Of a DNA stretch of 64,000 nucleotides, positions 31,427 to 43,090 are shown piece after piece. The DNA is from Macrostomum lignano. Taxonomy: Eukaryota. The number at the start of each line of letters is the position of its first letter. Positions within the stretch are counted from its first letter, which is position 1. The translations under genes were made by a program, and so were the position numbers. The stretch is taken from the NCBI GenBank assembly GCA_002269645.1, contig NIVC01000732.1, positions 248,001-312,000 on the forward strand, read 5' to 3'. Under the pieces are notes generated by a model. The model had not been told where the DNA came from. It was given only the letters and a program-made list of their open reading frames with translations, and did no database searches.

Positions 31427-33448
31427 ATGGCAGGTGCAGGTAATTCGTTCGATTCCGACGACGGAGGCGAGTGGCACACGGTCTGGAAGGGCGGTAAGAA
31501 GAAGCGCCAGCCCGAATCCGAGACAGTCGAAAATTGGGCTCGAGGTCAAGAAGTTCGCGATCGCGACCGACAATTTGAGGACGGTCGGGATAGCAGTGTG
31601 AGTACCAAATCTTGGCGCCAAATACAAATGAGATGCGATGAGCAACATCAGATTCGTCCCGGATCCAAATTATTTCAGCGTGGCAATAGCGAGAGAGGCT
31701 CCAGCAGAGGCGGAGGTCGTGTCGGAGCTCGAGTCGGATGGGCCAACCGCGACAGCGACAATGGAAGCTCCAGAGATGACTACAGAAGCAGTGGCGGTCG
31801 TGGAGGTCGTGGCCGATGGGCGAACCGCGACGGAGATAGTGGCAACGCCAGAGACGACTCCAGGAGCGGTGGTGATCGAGGAGGTCGCGGGGGATGGGCC
31901 AACCGCGACGGCGACAATGGGAGCTCCAGAGACGACTCCAGGAGCGGTGGTGGTCGAGGAGGTCGCGGGGGATGGGCCAACCGCGACGGCGACAATGGGA
32001 GCTCCAGAGACGACTCCAGGAGCGGTGGTGGTCGAGGAGTTCGCGGGGGATGGGCCAACCGCGACGGCGACAATGGGAGCTCCAGAGATGACTACAGAAG
32101 CAGTGGCGGTCGTGGAGGTCGTGGCTCGTGGTTTAACGTCGAGGGCGAAAATCGAAACGCCAGAACCGACTTCAGAAGCAGTCGCGGCAGCGTTGAGTAC
32201 AGAGGTAGATACGATTCCAGAGGCCGCGGCAGAGGTCGAGGAGACGGAAGGACGTCAGCACCTCGGGACAGCAGGAAAAATCAGAACTGGAATTTTAGTA
32301 CTCTAATGTGCGGCCCTGCCGACTCGCAGATTGTGTTTACCGAATATCAGGGCTTTTGCAATCAGAGGGCTAAAGAACTTCGCGATAGAGGCCACATCCA
32401 TGTGGCCCTTTTTCGGACGACGACTGACGAAGAAGTGTGTCAGAATTTTCGAGAGAAGCTACGTTCGATCACTACATCCATGACTGAATGCAAAGATTTG
32501 CTCAACGAAAATTGCCAATTGAGAGCTTTTATCCGGGTCGGAGATCTGTACTTTCGTCACAGCAGCTTCCGGTTTGACAGCCGTCCTGGACCTCAGCTTA
32601 GAGACTTCGGCGATCTGATGGAGTCAGACAAGTTCGAAGAAGCGTCTCAACGATTGGACAGGTTTTTCGATCCCGACAAGGAAGTTTCCTGCCGACGACA
32701 CCTAATTACCTCAACATTCGTGACTGAGAAAACCGTGGCAAATCATGCCCTGCTGGAGGTGTTCCTCAGCATGCGAGACTTCGAGGAGGTCAGTGACAGA
32801 GAGAAAGACGTGATTCTCACCCTTACATTGAACGGAGAGCAAAGAAAGTTTGAGCTCACATACGACGCGAACAATCTGGTATTGGACTCTGTGATGCTGA
32901 TCACTAGCAAATGGAATCTGAACATTGTCACAGCAAAGGGCACCGACTACCAGGGCTCATTTAACGAAGTCGCCGACTTTAGACTGCAGTTCGAAGCTTC
33001 ATTTCCCAGCGACACGGAGGAGGTCAATGAGAGCTTGGCTGCCGAAGGATTCAAAAAAGAAGACCTGCAGCAGTTGTTCGAAAGAATCGGCGAGGCCCCG
33101 ACTGCCTCAGATTTGTTGTCGGATGGCTCCGAGAGGCACTACCGGCTGAAAAGTCTGCCACACCTGGCAGAGAAGCTGGATTATGTTCGCGAGCAGATTA
33201 ATAGAACCTTCGTGCGGGATCACGACCGATGGCCACTTCAAGTGAGGCTTCGGCAGTTCAAATTCTACAAGTTAGTAAATCCCGTGGCTGGCGTGTTCCA
33301 GCCGCTGCCCGGGGTCGAGCTGCGGGTCAGCGCTGATCTGGGCTGCTCCTTGGACCCGGAGGTCCTTGGCGATCCGGAGTTCGTGAGCTACATGTGGGAG
33401 TGCTGCCAGCTGATGCAGGACCTGGTGGCCGCTTCGCTGGAAGCTTGA
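31427..33448 (+). CDS. Intronless uncharacterised protein, paralogue 2 (673 aa) with an expanded RGG/GW-like repeat N-terminus
   Basis: ATG-initiated ORF; 78-bp (26-aa) repeats at about 31738-32150; C-terminal ~390 aa very similar to paralogue 1. Confidence 0.88.
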   Translation: MAGAGNSFDSDDGGEWHTVWKGGKKKRQPESETVENWARGQEVRDRDRQFEDGRDSSVSTKSWRQIQMRCDEQHQIRPGSKLFQRGNSERGSSRGGGRVGARVGWANRDSDNGSSRDDYRSSGGRGGRGRWANRDGDSGNARDDSRSGGDRGGRGGWANRDGDNGSSRDDSRSGGGRGGRGGWANRDGDNGSSRDDSRSGGGRGVRGGWANRDGDNGSSRDDYRSSGGRGGRGSWFNVEGENRNARTDFRSSRGSVEYRGRYDSRGRGRGRGDGRTSAPRDSRKNQNWNFSTLMCGPADSQIVFTEYQGFCNQRAKELRDRGHIHVALFRTTTDEEVCQNFREKLRSITTSMTECKDLLNENCQLRAFIRVGDLYFRHSSFRFDSRPGPQLRDFGDLMESDKFEEASQRLDRFFDPDKEVSCRRHLITSTFVTEKTVANHALLEVFLSMRDFEEVSDREKDVILTLTLNGEQRKFELTYDANNLVLDSVMLITSKWNLNIVTAKGTDYQGSFNEVADFRLQFEASFPSDTEEVNESLAAEGFKKEDLQQLFERIGEAPTASDLLSDGSERHYRLKSLPHLAEKLDYVREQINRTFVRDHDRWPLQVRLRQFKFYKLVNPVAGVFQPLPGVELRVSADLGCSLDPEVLGDPEFVSYMWECCQLMQDLVAASLEA

Positions 33449-34369
33449 CTCGTTTTTTGAGAGTCAGTTGGACTATTTACATTTGTTAAGTGGTAGGTGT
33501 TTTCAATGTGTTTCTCAGTTTTCGCCTTTGTCTCCAATCTATATTTCACTAATATATTCATAGTTCTAAATTCAGATCATTTTAAAGCGTTGTTTTATTA
33601 TCAATAGAATTAGTTTATCTTTGAAGGCTGTATTCGTACGACATGCATCTGGCATTGAGGTGATGTGAGAACAAAAATTATTGAAGCGTAAAACCAATGT
33701 TAACACTGTCCAGCATCTCTGGTTAGTTCATTCAATTTACAGGGTGTCATTCAGCGTTTTAGGTAACTTTCTGTCAGCTATTATATATTGTCTGTTTAAT
33801 TCTTATACTTTATTGTGTACCGGTAAACTAGCGCATCGGTACGCAGTGTTTTCAGTTTTTTTTGTACATAAGACAATTTATATCATTCGATCATTTAAGA
33901 TTGAGTTTTCTAATGTAAAAACATTTTTACAAAGTATCAACAGCATATGTTAATTTCAAAAAATACAGTTTCTTTGGAAAAGGTTTTTGAAAATAATTAT
34001 ATGATAGTGACGTTGTAGCCTTGACTTTGTCTCGAATTTTAGCTACGGTTGTAACTATTGATACGAGTATCTTCAGTTTTAGTGGTACTCTCGTATATCG
34101 CAAGGCATAGTGAGGCATACAGATACTACTCTAAGGGTTTACAGATACATGTGACGATCATATGTTTTTACAGCTGAAATTAAAAAATATGACATAATGT
34201 CTACTACGATACATGAGTCTATTGAGTAGCACACGTAGTTTTGATCAGCTGCTCTGCGCCCGGGTAGTCCCAGAATAATACAGAAACCCTGCCAGTGAAG
34301 TCCCTTACCTCGTATTTATAATGATACTCGTACTGATTAGTTTCCGACGGAAATGTACAAGCTTATTAA

Positions 34370-35177
34370 CAGTAGGAATACCAAGCCATTTTTCCGTTCG
34401 TCGAACTACCAAGAGGGGGAAATCCCTCGGACAATCTTTTTTGCTGCTCTGTATTGGAGCAACGCAGGCACACGAAATTCATGAACACAGGCTAACTTTT
34501 TGTTGGGCATCTTCTCAAACAAGAATAAAGTCTCCAGGCCTCCGGACCGTCGAGATATTCGAAGATTCTGCCAGAAGGTCAGATTTTTCCTATAAGCGCT
34601 AGTGTATGGGAAAAATCCCAGTGCGCCAATCAGCACTGCGCCTGTTGCTGATGCAACAGAATGTCCATAGTCACCTGTTGTCATCTGTTGAAGGTGCCGA
34701 CGGCGTCGGGTTGATGACGGAATGTTCGAGAGACTAGGTGAAGAAGTTGTTGAGGCTTGCCCACTGACGAGGCTTGATCGGCGAAACTAGAGACGTTTGC
34801 AACAGCATGTCCATAGTCACCTGCTGCCATCTAATGAAGGTCTAGAAGCTCCGCCTGGGTGAAGGTCAGTGAAGAACGAAGGCAGAGCTGATGCAGACAC
34901 ATGTGGTCGACATGCTGATGAAATTTGGACACCTGGCAAAGCTGCACTGAGGGATTTTTCCCATACACTAGCACTTACATGTATGGGAAAAATCCGACCT
35001 TCTGGCAGAAGCGTCGAATATCTCGACGGTTCGGAGGGCTGGCGACTTGATTCTTGTTTGAGAAGGTGCCCAACAAAAAGTTAGCCCGTGTTCTTGACTT
35101 TCGTGTGCCTGCGTTGCTCCAATACGGCGCAGCAAAAAAAATATCAGGGGGGATTCCCCCTCTGAGTAGTTCTACTG
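34370..35177. mobile_element. MITE/non-autonomous DNA transposon with ~250-bp imperfect terminal inverted repeats
   Basis: TTAA|CAGTAG...CTACTG|TTAA. Arms about 34370-34630 and 34945-35177 are reverse complements. Confidence 0.85.
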
Positions 35178-35672
35178 TTAATAAAATTACTGATGCAACT
35201 AGCAAGCGCTACTGTATGCAAGCACAAATTACTCGTACCCAGAACCCATGCTAGTATTTTAGCTTACGAGCGTAAAAGCCATTTGATAGCTACGACGATA
35301 TTGGTTTAGTAAATGTCCATGTCCAGAAAAGAACCCAGCTGGAGACGAAAGAACAAAAGCCGATCTACATATACTAGCTAATAAAAAATTAATAAGAAAG
35401 CAAAGTAAAACACGTTGGGGTATTCAATTGATGTGACATTTAGTATAGGGTGATGGTTTTATATGGATCACCTCTAACTGAGATGGCTTGAATTTCTAAC
35501 TATACTTGCTGAGCTCTATTTGGTTTTGCTATCTATATTTAATGCGATCGAAGAGTCCTAGTCTGACGTCATAGTTTTGTGGCTCTTAAGAAAGCTTTTA
35601 TACGGGTCAATTTTCCACATCTGCTCAATTTCAAGACGAGCGATAACAGGACGAAGCGTCCGAGAGCTGCAA

Positions 35673-36902
35673 ATGGCCGATAAAAACTTCAATAGATTCG
35701 ATCGCAGTCGCAATCAGGAATGGAGCATCCGGGTGCTTCTGTGCGGACCTGCTGACTGTCCGATTTCATTTGGGCCCTACAAAGGCCACTGGATAGGCAG
35801 TCCTGAAAAGTTGGAGTACTTCACTCGAAGAGGCTGGATCGGTGTGCCGCTGTTCGATCGCTCGAGCGATGAAGAGGTGCTTCAGCGCATCCGTCAGAAT
35901 CTGCAGTGCATGTCTAGCGACGCCGTTAGGTGTCAAGCAATTTGGACTGAGAAAGAAAAGAAGGAGAGTCGCTTCAACATGAGTCTTGAAATCGGAGATT
36001 TGTACTTCTTTGACAACAGCTTCGACTTCAGTCGCGTTCCCGGTCCGCGCTTGAGAGACTTCAACAGGCTCCTTGACACGGGCACCTTCTCGGAGGTGCG
36101 ACGCCTTCTTGAGAGCTACTTCACACTGAGAGTCAACCAAGAGAGAATGTTTTTCTCTTCAACTTTCACGCCAAAAAATATTTGCGTCAGTCGCGACACG
36201 ATTGAGGCATTCCTTGAAACAAAAGGCTTCGAAATCAAACAGAACGAGGAGCGCAGTCTGACCACAAGCCTCGAAGGTGCCAACCAAAAATTTGAGCTAT
36301 TTTTCAATCCTGCAAATCTTCAACTGCGAGACATAAAAATGGTAACCCAGAAGTGGAACCTAGACTTCGTCACTCCGAAGGGCAAAGACTACAGTGGCTC
36401 GTTTAGCGAGGTCGCTGACTTTCGACTGCAGTTCGACACTTCCTGTACAAGCGACTCTGGCAAAATCGTTACCGACAGTCTCATCGCGGAAGGATTCGTT
36501 TTGAAAGAGCTGAAGCAATTGTTCGAGAGAGTTAATAAGGCACAGAGAGACGTAGTGGATGCCTCCGATGATGCAGAGCTGTGGGAAGGCGCAGATCGTT
36601 GCTACCGACTCAAACTGCCACGTCTGCTAGATCGACTAGAAGACCCGAGTCAGCAGCTCAGTAGGTCCTTCGTTCGACGCCATGACCGATGGCCTTTCGT
36701 TGTTAAGCTACTCAAGATTCGCGTTTTCGAATTGGACGAATCAGCGGGAATATTCGTGCAGCAGAGTGTGCAGTTCCGGGTCACAGCAGGTCTGGACTGC
36801 TCCCTGGACCCGGAGGTCCTTGGCGATTCGGAGTTCGGAAGCTACTTGTGGGAGTGCTGCCAGCTCATGCAGGACATGTTGGCCTCTACCTTGAAGTCCT
36901 GA
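35673..36902 (+). CDS. Intronless uncharacterised protein, divergent paralogue 3 (409 aa from MADKNF)
   Basis: Conserves CGPAD, GDLYF, PGP.LRDF, KWNL..VT.KG.DY.GSF.EVADFRLQF, FVR.HDRWP and CSLDPEVLGD.EF.SY.WECCQLMQD. First ATG is at 35673. Confidence 0.85.
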   Translation: MADKNFNRFDRSRNQEWSIRVLLCGPADCPISFGPYKGHWIGSPEKLEYFTRRGWIGVPLFDRSSDEEVLQRIRQNLQCMSSDAVRCQAIWTEKEKKESRFNMSLEIGDLYFFDNSFDFSRVPGPRLRDFNRLLDTGTFSEVRRLLESYFTLRVNQERMFFSSTFTPKNICVSRDTIEAFLETKGFEIKQNEERSLTTSLEGANQKFELFFNPANLQLRDIKMVTQKWNLDFVTPKGKDYSGSFSEVADFRLQFDTSCTSDSGKIVTDSLIAEGFVLKELKQLFERVNKAQRDVVDASDDAELWEGADRCYRLKLPRLLDRLEDPSQQLSRSFVRRHDRWPFVVKLLKIRVFELDESAGIFVQQSVQFRVTAGLDCSLDPEVLGDSEFGSYLWECCQLMQDMLASTLKS

Positions 36903-37125
36903 TGGACAGAGTCAGAGATGTTTTACTTTGACAGTCAGTTTATTTCACAAACGTTTTTTCAGCGATGGACAATATATGGTCAGTAATTTCCTATTTAACC
37001 CCTAATCATCTCTTTTTGTTTTTCTTCTTTTCTTTATATTCTGATTTTATATTCAACGTAATTATTATTCTGATTTTTTCAGCCTCTTTTTCCATTGTTT
37101 TGCTGAACTACGAGTAGAAACAAGA

Positions 37126-37233
37126 GGGGTGCAGCCTAGTGGTTGGTTAGGGCGTCCGACTCACGAATTGAAGGTCAGGGGTTCGATTCCCGATCCCACT
37201 GGAACAATTTGTGTCCTTGTGCAAGACAGTTAA
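37126..37233 (+). mobile_element. tRNA-derived CORE-like SINE, 3'-truncated copy
   Basis: A box (GCAGCCTAGTGG), B box (GGTTCGATTCC), then GGAACAATTTGTGTCCTTGTGCAAGACA. Confidence 0.75.
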
Positions 37234-38016
37234 AGCAGGTGCAATAAATTATTTTTCTTAGAAGTGCTGAATATTTTCTATTGTTTCACGTCTAAATTTT
37301 GTGTGCCTTTACTTTTTGCGTTATTCGGCCTTTAAACAAAACGATTATCTTAACAGATCGATTTTTATCAATTTATGCCAATTAACAATACAAAAAGAGT
37401 ATGTACTGCTTCGATGGTTCTACATGTATCAGAAATCGGCCCAGAAGTTGCTGCGACTGACATCCAGCACAATAAAAAGAGTATTTTAGAGTTTATCATG
37501 TCTTGTACACTGTATTAGGCAAAAGATGTGTACAAAAACCCTCACTGGACTGGAATGGCTAAGATAGTTATCGTGTACGGCTAATTTCGTTAAAACCAAG
37601 TGAGCTGTGGTGTTGAGTCAGTCCGTCCAAGACTTGCAATAGACAATGAGACCTAACTAAAAAAAATAAAAATAAAAATTCGGCATACGCTTTTCAGCAC
37701 TAGAAGCATATCTCAGCTTGCCATGCCTGCATTACGAGCATCGTAGACTATACTGTTAAACGAAGCTGCATTTTTTCGTTACTACGAGCGTACATACGTT
37801 CAATCTCTCTTACTCGTAGCACCAAGGCAGTGAAAAGAGAGAGAGAAAAGAGGTACGAAATGGCCGAGAGTACAGTACTCATTATGTACGTTTCTTAGTT
37901 TCTTTCTAAATCTTAGGTAGGGGGGAGGGCGTTGAACCTTTAAATTGCAACGACAAATTCAAAGCTTTGCTCAATTTTTCTTTTTCTTTCTCTCGAGCTG
38001 TTTCGAAGTTTTTACC

Positions 38017-38706
38017 ATGCAAAGAACCATGTTAAAGCCGTTAGTTATTCAAAATACAATCAGCAGCCACAAAGAGCTGCTTCTAAAGTCAGCCTTAATT
38101 CTGGCAATTTTCGCCAACACATCTGGCTCAATTTCACTGAGCTGTTCAACAGGCTCCTACTTCAACAGGTTGAGCGGCATGTGCGACCCCTGCCCAACAG
38201 AATGCTTGACGAGTCCCCAGTCACCAAACATGACCGATTACATGCGACGGAAGTGCCAGAAGCTGGCAGACCAGTGTTCACCAAATCTAGCGACTAGCAA
38301 GTCCGGTTCAACCTCAGCAACGCCAACATCTGACAGTCCAGTGAGTAAGAGTCCAAAAAACTCTGAAGCCGGAGTCAACAATGAAGACAGGCAAGCACCG
38401 CCAGACGATCGCTATGGCCACAATGCTGCTGGTGGGATTGTTGGAGCTGCTATTCTACTGCTTCTTTTTGTCCCAGTCGGTATGAAGCTGCGATCAGCAA
38501 TTCGAAATAGATTTCGAGACAGCAACACACCGATGCGGAACATGACTGAAAACTCAAATGCAGCTTCAGCCTTCCTGCCCCCTGGCTCGAATAATACTCA
38601 TGAACCGAACGGTTTTCAAATTAGGGAAGCAACTGCCGACGACAAAGTTACCAGCCTGCCTGACAATCTACCTGAAGACCCTCCAGCGGTACCTATTGTT
38701 AAGTAA
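38017..38706 (+). CDS. Single-CRD TNF-receptor-like type I membrane protein 1
   Basis: Hydrophobic leader (LLLKSALILAIFA); CSTGSYFNRLSGMCDPCPTEC...C...C (C-x12-C-x2-C-x3-C); S/T/P stalk; TM GIVGAAILLLLFVPVGM followed by basic residues. First ATG is at 38017. Confidence 0.8.
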   Translation: MQRTMLKPLVIQNTISSHKELLLKSALILAIFANTSGSISLSCSTGSYFNRLSGMCDPCPTECLTSPQSPNMTDYMRRKCQKLADQCSPNLATSKSGSTSATPTSDSPVSKSPKNSEAGVNNEDRQAPPDDRYGHNAAGGIVGAAILLLLFVPVGMKLRSAIRNRFRDSNTPMRNMTENSNAASAFLPPGSNNTHEPNGFQIREATADDKVTSLPDNLPEDPPAVPIVK

Positions 38707-38894
38707 GCATGCACGCATCCAGTCACTTATCACTTAGGCATGGTGAACCAATTGACTAAGGATGGAGATGTTACTACCATAACGAACGACGCATAATGTG
38801 CTTGAGAAAATACAAGTAGCTAATGTAGCTTATTCTTATGCGTACTTAAATTTCGTAGCCTATGACACAACTTGTGCCATAGACGAAACAGGCG

Positions 38895-39590
38895 TGAAGT
38901 CATCCAAGGACCACTAGAAGAAGAGGGACGGGACACTTCGTTTCTTGAAAAATTTATTAAAGGCTGATTTTCACGGAAAGATGCACTAGCGAGATAGGAA
39001 ATTTTCACTTTTTTCAATTTAAAATGGTGATAGCTTTTTATTGGAAGCAGATACAATGCTTATAACTTACAAAACATGTTGCTTCAACGGATTTTATATA
39101 GATTTTTTCATGAATATTTGATCTTCATATTATTTTAGTTACTATAGCTACTTATTTTATATAAAAAGTACAAAACTAAAATGAATAAGCAGTGAATTGG
39201 GCATATAATTATAGCCAACAGTTTTTTTAATGATCTATTGCTAAAATAGATGCATTCGATTAAACAGATATTGTAAAATTCAAGTTAGTCACTAGTTAGC
39301 TTTAGACTATAATTGCTGCATGATATAGCTATAGTAACAAAAACATTATGAAGATCAATTATTTATGAAAAATCTTTATAAATCCGTTGAAGCAACATGT
39401 TTTGTAAGTAATATCAAAAGAAGAGCTTTGTATCTGCTTCCAGTAGAAAGCTATCACCATTTTAAATTGAAAAAAGTGAAAAGTTCCTATCTCGCTAGTG
39501 CATTTTTCCGTGAAAATCAGCCTTTAATAAATTTTCTAAGAAACGAAGTGTCCCGTCCTTCTTCTAGTGGTCCTTGGATGACACCGCGGC
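38895..39590. mobile_element. Palindromic MITE with ~220-bp inverted arms
   Basis: 38900-39115 is the reverse complement of 39360-39585. The subterminal motif (AAGTTCCTATCTC...TTTTTCCGTGAAAA) resembles copies A and B. Confidence 0.85.
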
Positions 39591-40115
39591 ATTAAAAATC
39601 GGCTTCAACTTTTCGTCTTTATTGGCCCTCTGTGTAAAAGTACTCTGGTAGCGTCTGATCTACAGGTACTCCGATCCAGTTTTCACTGCATCTATAGTAT
39701 ATGTTGGATTGGCAAAGCTTGAACCTAAAGTTTTATACTAGCTTAGTACTGCAATCTGTGAACAAAATGTATTATTTAAATTGTACATGTTTTACTGTGA
39801 TTACTATTGAATTCAGCTCGTATGCAACAGCATTAATATAAATTGCATTCTAGTTCATAATATTGCAATCAATGTATTTACCCCATTCAATTGTCATTTC
39901 GGCAGTAAACGTTGCGTAGTTCTAAAACATTGGCTTGTCATTTAAAAATTTCTGAAAGTAACTGTTGTTTATAGTAAACACTAACACAATTCTAACACTA
40001 TTTAATTGAATGTATGATATATAGTCAGTTGAGTCAGTTAAGTAATGTACCAATAATATTCCGTAGTGTGTAGCAAACAGAAAAATACTGTTATTGCTGT
40101 TAGTCTTCATTTTCC

Positions 40116-40116
<1 letters not shown>

Positions 40117-40205
<89 letters not shown>

Positions 40206-40230
40206 GTGTCTGTCTGTCTGTCTGTCTGCC

Positions 40231-40291
<61 letters not shown>

Positions 40292-40300
40292 TTCTGTCTG
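40117..40300. repeat. (TCTG)n microsatellite
   Basis: Directly visible. Confidence 0.97.
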
Positions 40301-40794
40301 TTTGGCCATCAATATTTGGCAGGTAATCATTCGCTACGATGTTTGGTAGTCTCTAATAAAATATTACCAGGCTACTAGGTACTACTTCCAAAAATGCAGT
40401 CGCTACACCCAAAAAAGGAGAAACCAAAAGCCCAATAGTACGTCTGCCAGCAAAGTTCCCTTTTTCGCTGTACAGAGCTATGCTGTACATTTATCAGCTC
40501 TGTCTTCGCAGTTCTGTCCAAGCGTAAATGTACACTTACGCCTAAACTATGTAGGCGTTGACTGGCTCTGCACAAGTGAGTGGCAGAGGACTAGCTCGCA
40601 TCTGGCTTGGGCAATGTCTAAAAATAGATCTTATTTACGCTTCAAGAGACCCCCCATCCAGACAGTTTACAAGCTGTACAATCTGGCAAGCTCCAAATGT
40701 ACGTAGCAAGCTTTTAAAGAGGAATGACTACACACGGAAAATATGGGCTTGACTAATTGTTAATTTTTGAACTGTTGACGAATAAAAGTTTAAT

Positions 40795-41421
40795 ATGGCT
40801 ATCAATCTGCGCGCACAGTCAGGGATACTGTGGGCTTTTGTATGCCTGTACATAGTCTCGAAGGCTTCGGCAGTTCCAGTAGTGACGAGATGTCGCGCAG
40901 ACCAGTACTACAACAGTTTGAGCCAAATATGCGAATCGTGTCCAAAGGAATGCCTGCTCGGAACGGCTAGAACTGCTTGCACTGGCATGGCTAGCCAATG
41001 CCAACCGCTGACAACATTTACTACTCTGACCGTTGTGACGACGCATGAAGTGACGACAACAAGTCAGAACTCGTCGGGCGCTGACGTGGAGAACTCGTGG
41101 ATCAGCATCATCAATCGTGGATCGATTGGTGTCCTGGTGTTCTGCGTGTTAGTCTTTTTATTTTGTAGATTATTTGCTTTTAAAAGAATGAAGAAATATT
41201 ATTTGAGACTAAAGCTGCGCCGATCAGGGGAGGTTACTGTGCCGGCTCCGGAGACAGCTGGCCCTGAAGAGTCGGAGCCTTTGGCAAAGGCAGCATCGGC
41301 ATCATCCTGTCAAGAACGTGCAGAACAACACGAAGTAAGTGCGCAGGCTAGCGCTGGCCAACACGCTAAAACCGTTTCTGCACCAAAAATTCCAGGATTC
41401 GATGCAGATGATCGTTATTAA
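40795..41421 (+). CDS. Single-CRD TNF-receptor-like type I membrane protein 2
   Basis: Signal peptide ILWAFVCLYIVSKASA; CRADQYYNSLSQICESCPKEC-x8-C-x6-C; Thr-rich stalk; TM IGVLVFCVLVFLFCRLFAF followed by KRMKK. Confidence 0.85.
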   Translation: MAINLRAQSGILWAFVCLYIVSKASAVPVVTRCRADQYYNSLSQICESCPKECLLGTARTACTGMASQCQPLTTFTTLTVVTTHEVTTTSQNSSGADVENSWISIINRGSIGVLVFCVLVFLFCRLFAFKRMKKYYLRLKLRRSGEVTVPAPETAGPEESEPLAKAASASSCQERAEQHEVSAQASAGQHAKTVSAPKIPGFDADDRY

Positions 41422-42002
41422 AAAATAGCAATTCTCATGTTGCGAATGGCCATGTTGAAAAAAAACTTTCCAGCTGACTCTTATCCATTGCCTTGTTACT
41501 TATTATCGTTCAATATTTTGGCATATAGAAGTGAACACGTGTCATATCTCTCTATCTATAAATTTGAACACTTTTTCTTTGAATATTCGTACTTTTCTGT
41601 AATACCACAGCTATATTCTACAGAGGCAAAATGCAATGTACTGCATGCAAGCTACAAATCAAAATAAACATCTTGCACGTGGACAGACAAACAACTGTAA
41701 ATAGCAGTTACTACCCCCTCATTCCTCTTAAGCGTCAAATGCGTGCTGTACAGAAGTTAATAAATCTATTTTTCTCACTAAAGTTGTCTATGGCCAAAAC
41801 CCCATTCAGCGCTTGTGCGTTCTCTATAGAGCATACTGAATGCATTGACGATAGGGCAAATACACGTTCCTTACCGACCTCCAACTCATTTTTAAGAAAA
41901 TCGAATGCAGTGTTTGCTTCATTTGATCATGTAAATCTGTTAGTTACCAGAATACCACCACGAGCGACGGCCATTTTGCATGCTCGTAGTTCTTTCATCC
42001 GT

Positions 42003-42710
42003 GCTGATAATAGTGACACAGCTCGACATCCTGACAATAGTGACATTCTGACATCCTGACTCTACTGACAATAGTGACATTCTGACATCCTGACTCTACT
42101 GACAATAGTGACATTCTGACATCCTGACTCTACTGACAATAGTGACATTCTGACATTCTGACTCTACTGACAATAGTGACATTCTGACATTCTGACTCTA
42201 CTGATAATAGTGACATTCTGACATTCTGACTCTACTGACAATAGTGACATTCTGACATTCTGACTCTACTGACAATAGTGACATTCTGACATCCTGACTC
42301 TACTGACAATAGTGACATTCTGACATTCTGACTCTACTGACAATAGTGACATTCTGACATTCTGACTCTACTGACAATAGTGACATTCTGACATTCTGAC
42401 TCTACTGACAATAGTGACATTCTGACATCCTGACTCTACTGACAATAGTGACATTCTGACATCCTGACTCTACTGACAATAGTGACATTCTGACATTCTG
42501 ACTCTACTGACAATAGTGACATTCTGACATTCTGACTCTACTGACAATAGTGACATTCTGACATCCTGACTCTACTGACAATAGTGACATTCTGACATTC
42601 TGACTCTACTGACAATAGTGACATTCTGACATCTTGACTGTACTGACAATAGTGTATGACTTCCTGACATACTGACTGTTACTGACAATTGTGAAATTCT
42701 GACATCCTGA
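42003..42710. repeat. 34-bp minisatellite (GACAATAGTGACATTCTGACATTCTGACTCTACT)
   Basis: Period 34 (42067 to 42101); built from GAC-led 8-9-mers. Confidence 0.95.
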
Positions 42711-43090
42711 TTATATTGAAAATTTTTAGTAAGAAACAGGGTTCTGTGTGCACCCTGGCGCACTTTAGGCTACATGTACATTGTCACACAACCAACGAGA
42801 GGCATTTCTGCTCATTCCGCCGACTCCCCTGAGCAGGTACACACTCACAGGAGTGTACAGCGGGCCATAAATTTATTTTCGAGCGTATTGTTAGGCATGT
42901 ACACTTCATCTTCACATCCGGATTATACTGGCAGTCTATGACTAGCAGAACCAAAGCTGACTAGCTAACAAAAATGTTAAAGTTTCTTGGTTAATTGATT
43001 CGATACTTTAAAATATACAGCTTGTTTATTTGTAAAATTAAATATTCACATGGCTGTCTGAGCCAGGCATCAGATGACAGTCTTTTTTAA

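Noticed and set aside
31638-32306. 222-aa alternative-frame ORF overlapping paralogue 2
   Set aside because: It is a by-product of the 78-bp repeat; the main frame is continuous with the conserved family core.
35577-35672. TTG-initiated N-terminal extensions from the ORF track (also 37945-38016)
   Set aside because: In a eukaryotic context the first in-frame ATGs (35673 and 38017) are the more likely starts.
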